Origin: Octopus sinensis
Lineage: Eukaryota
Length of the DNA: 64,000 nucleotides
Direction: 5' to 3'
Assembly (NCBI RefSeq): GCF_006345805.1
Contig: NC_043017.1
Location: forward strand, 24,924,001-24,988,000
Shown one piece after another: positions 63,866 through 64,000 of the stretch; positions within the stretch are counted from its first letter, which is position 1, and each line of letters starts with the position of its first letter. A program made the translations under genes and the position numbers. A model generated the notes under the pieces. The model was not told where the DNA came from. It saw only the letters and a list, made by a program, of their open reading frames with translations, and made no database searches.

Positions 63866-64000
63866 TATAAATATACACACTTATATTTATTGATTTATAT
63901 TATTAAGCACAAACAGATGTTGTTTTCTCATTGGAGGTATTCAATCGAATCTTAAAGAAAAGGAAAAAATATACCCCCGTCTGTTGTGTGTGTGTGTGTG

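Overview
AT-rich, repeat-dense animal genomic DNA. The SINE, MITE and microsatellite families look cephalopod, most likely Octopus (recognised from memory, not searched). The window is almost entirely intronic. Two internal coding exons of a + strand DHHC palmitoyltransferase of the ZDHHC9/14/18 subfamily lie at 46356-46516 and 59573-59731, separated by a 13,056-bp intron. I did not find the first exon, so the upstream intron probably exceeds 46 kb. The rest is a layered mobile-element landscape: a young 5'-truncated CR1-group LINE (39612-42336) inside a (TA)n tract, 3' fragments of RTE and other LINEs, several tRNA-derived SINE families, TTAA-targeting piggyBac-type MITEs nested in each other, hAT MITEs with 8-bp TSDs, a Helitron and Helentron/DINE-like elements. 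The most interesting signals are: (1) minimal type I hammerhead ribozyme motifs of the Penelope-like/retrozyme kind in (TA)n-embedded repeats, including one with an intact core locked inside a ~300-bp foldback; (2) a 3' stem-loop shared between the LINE and the dominant SINE, with compensatory base changes; (3) a (TAA)n-targeting retroelement; (4) several long foldbacks that could form dsRNA in the pre-mRNA. Nearly all ORFs in the supplied track are microsatellite or SINE artefacts. Repeat boundaries were read by eye and may be off by some bases.
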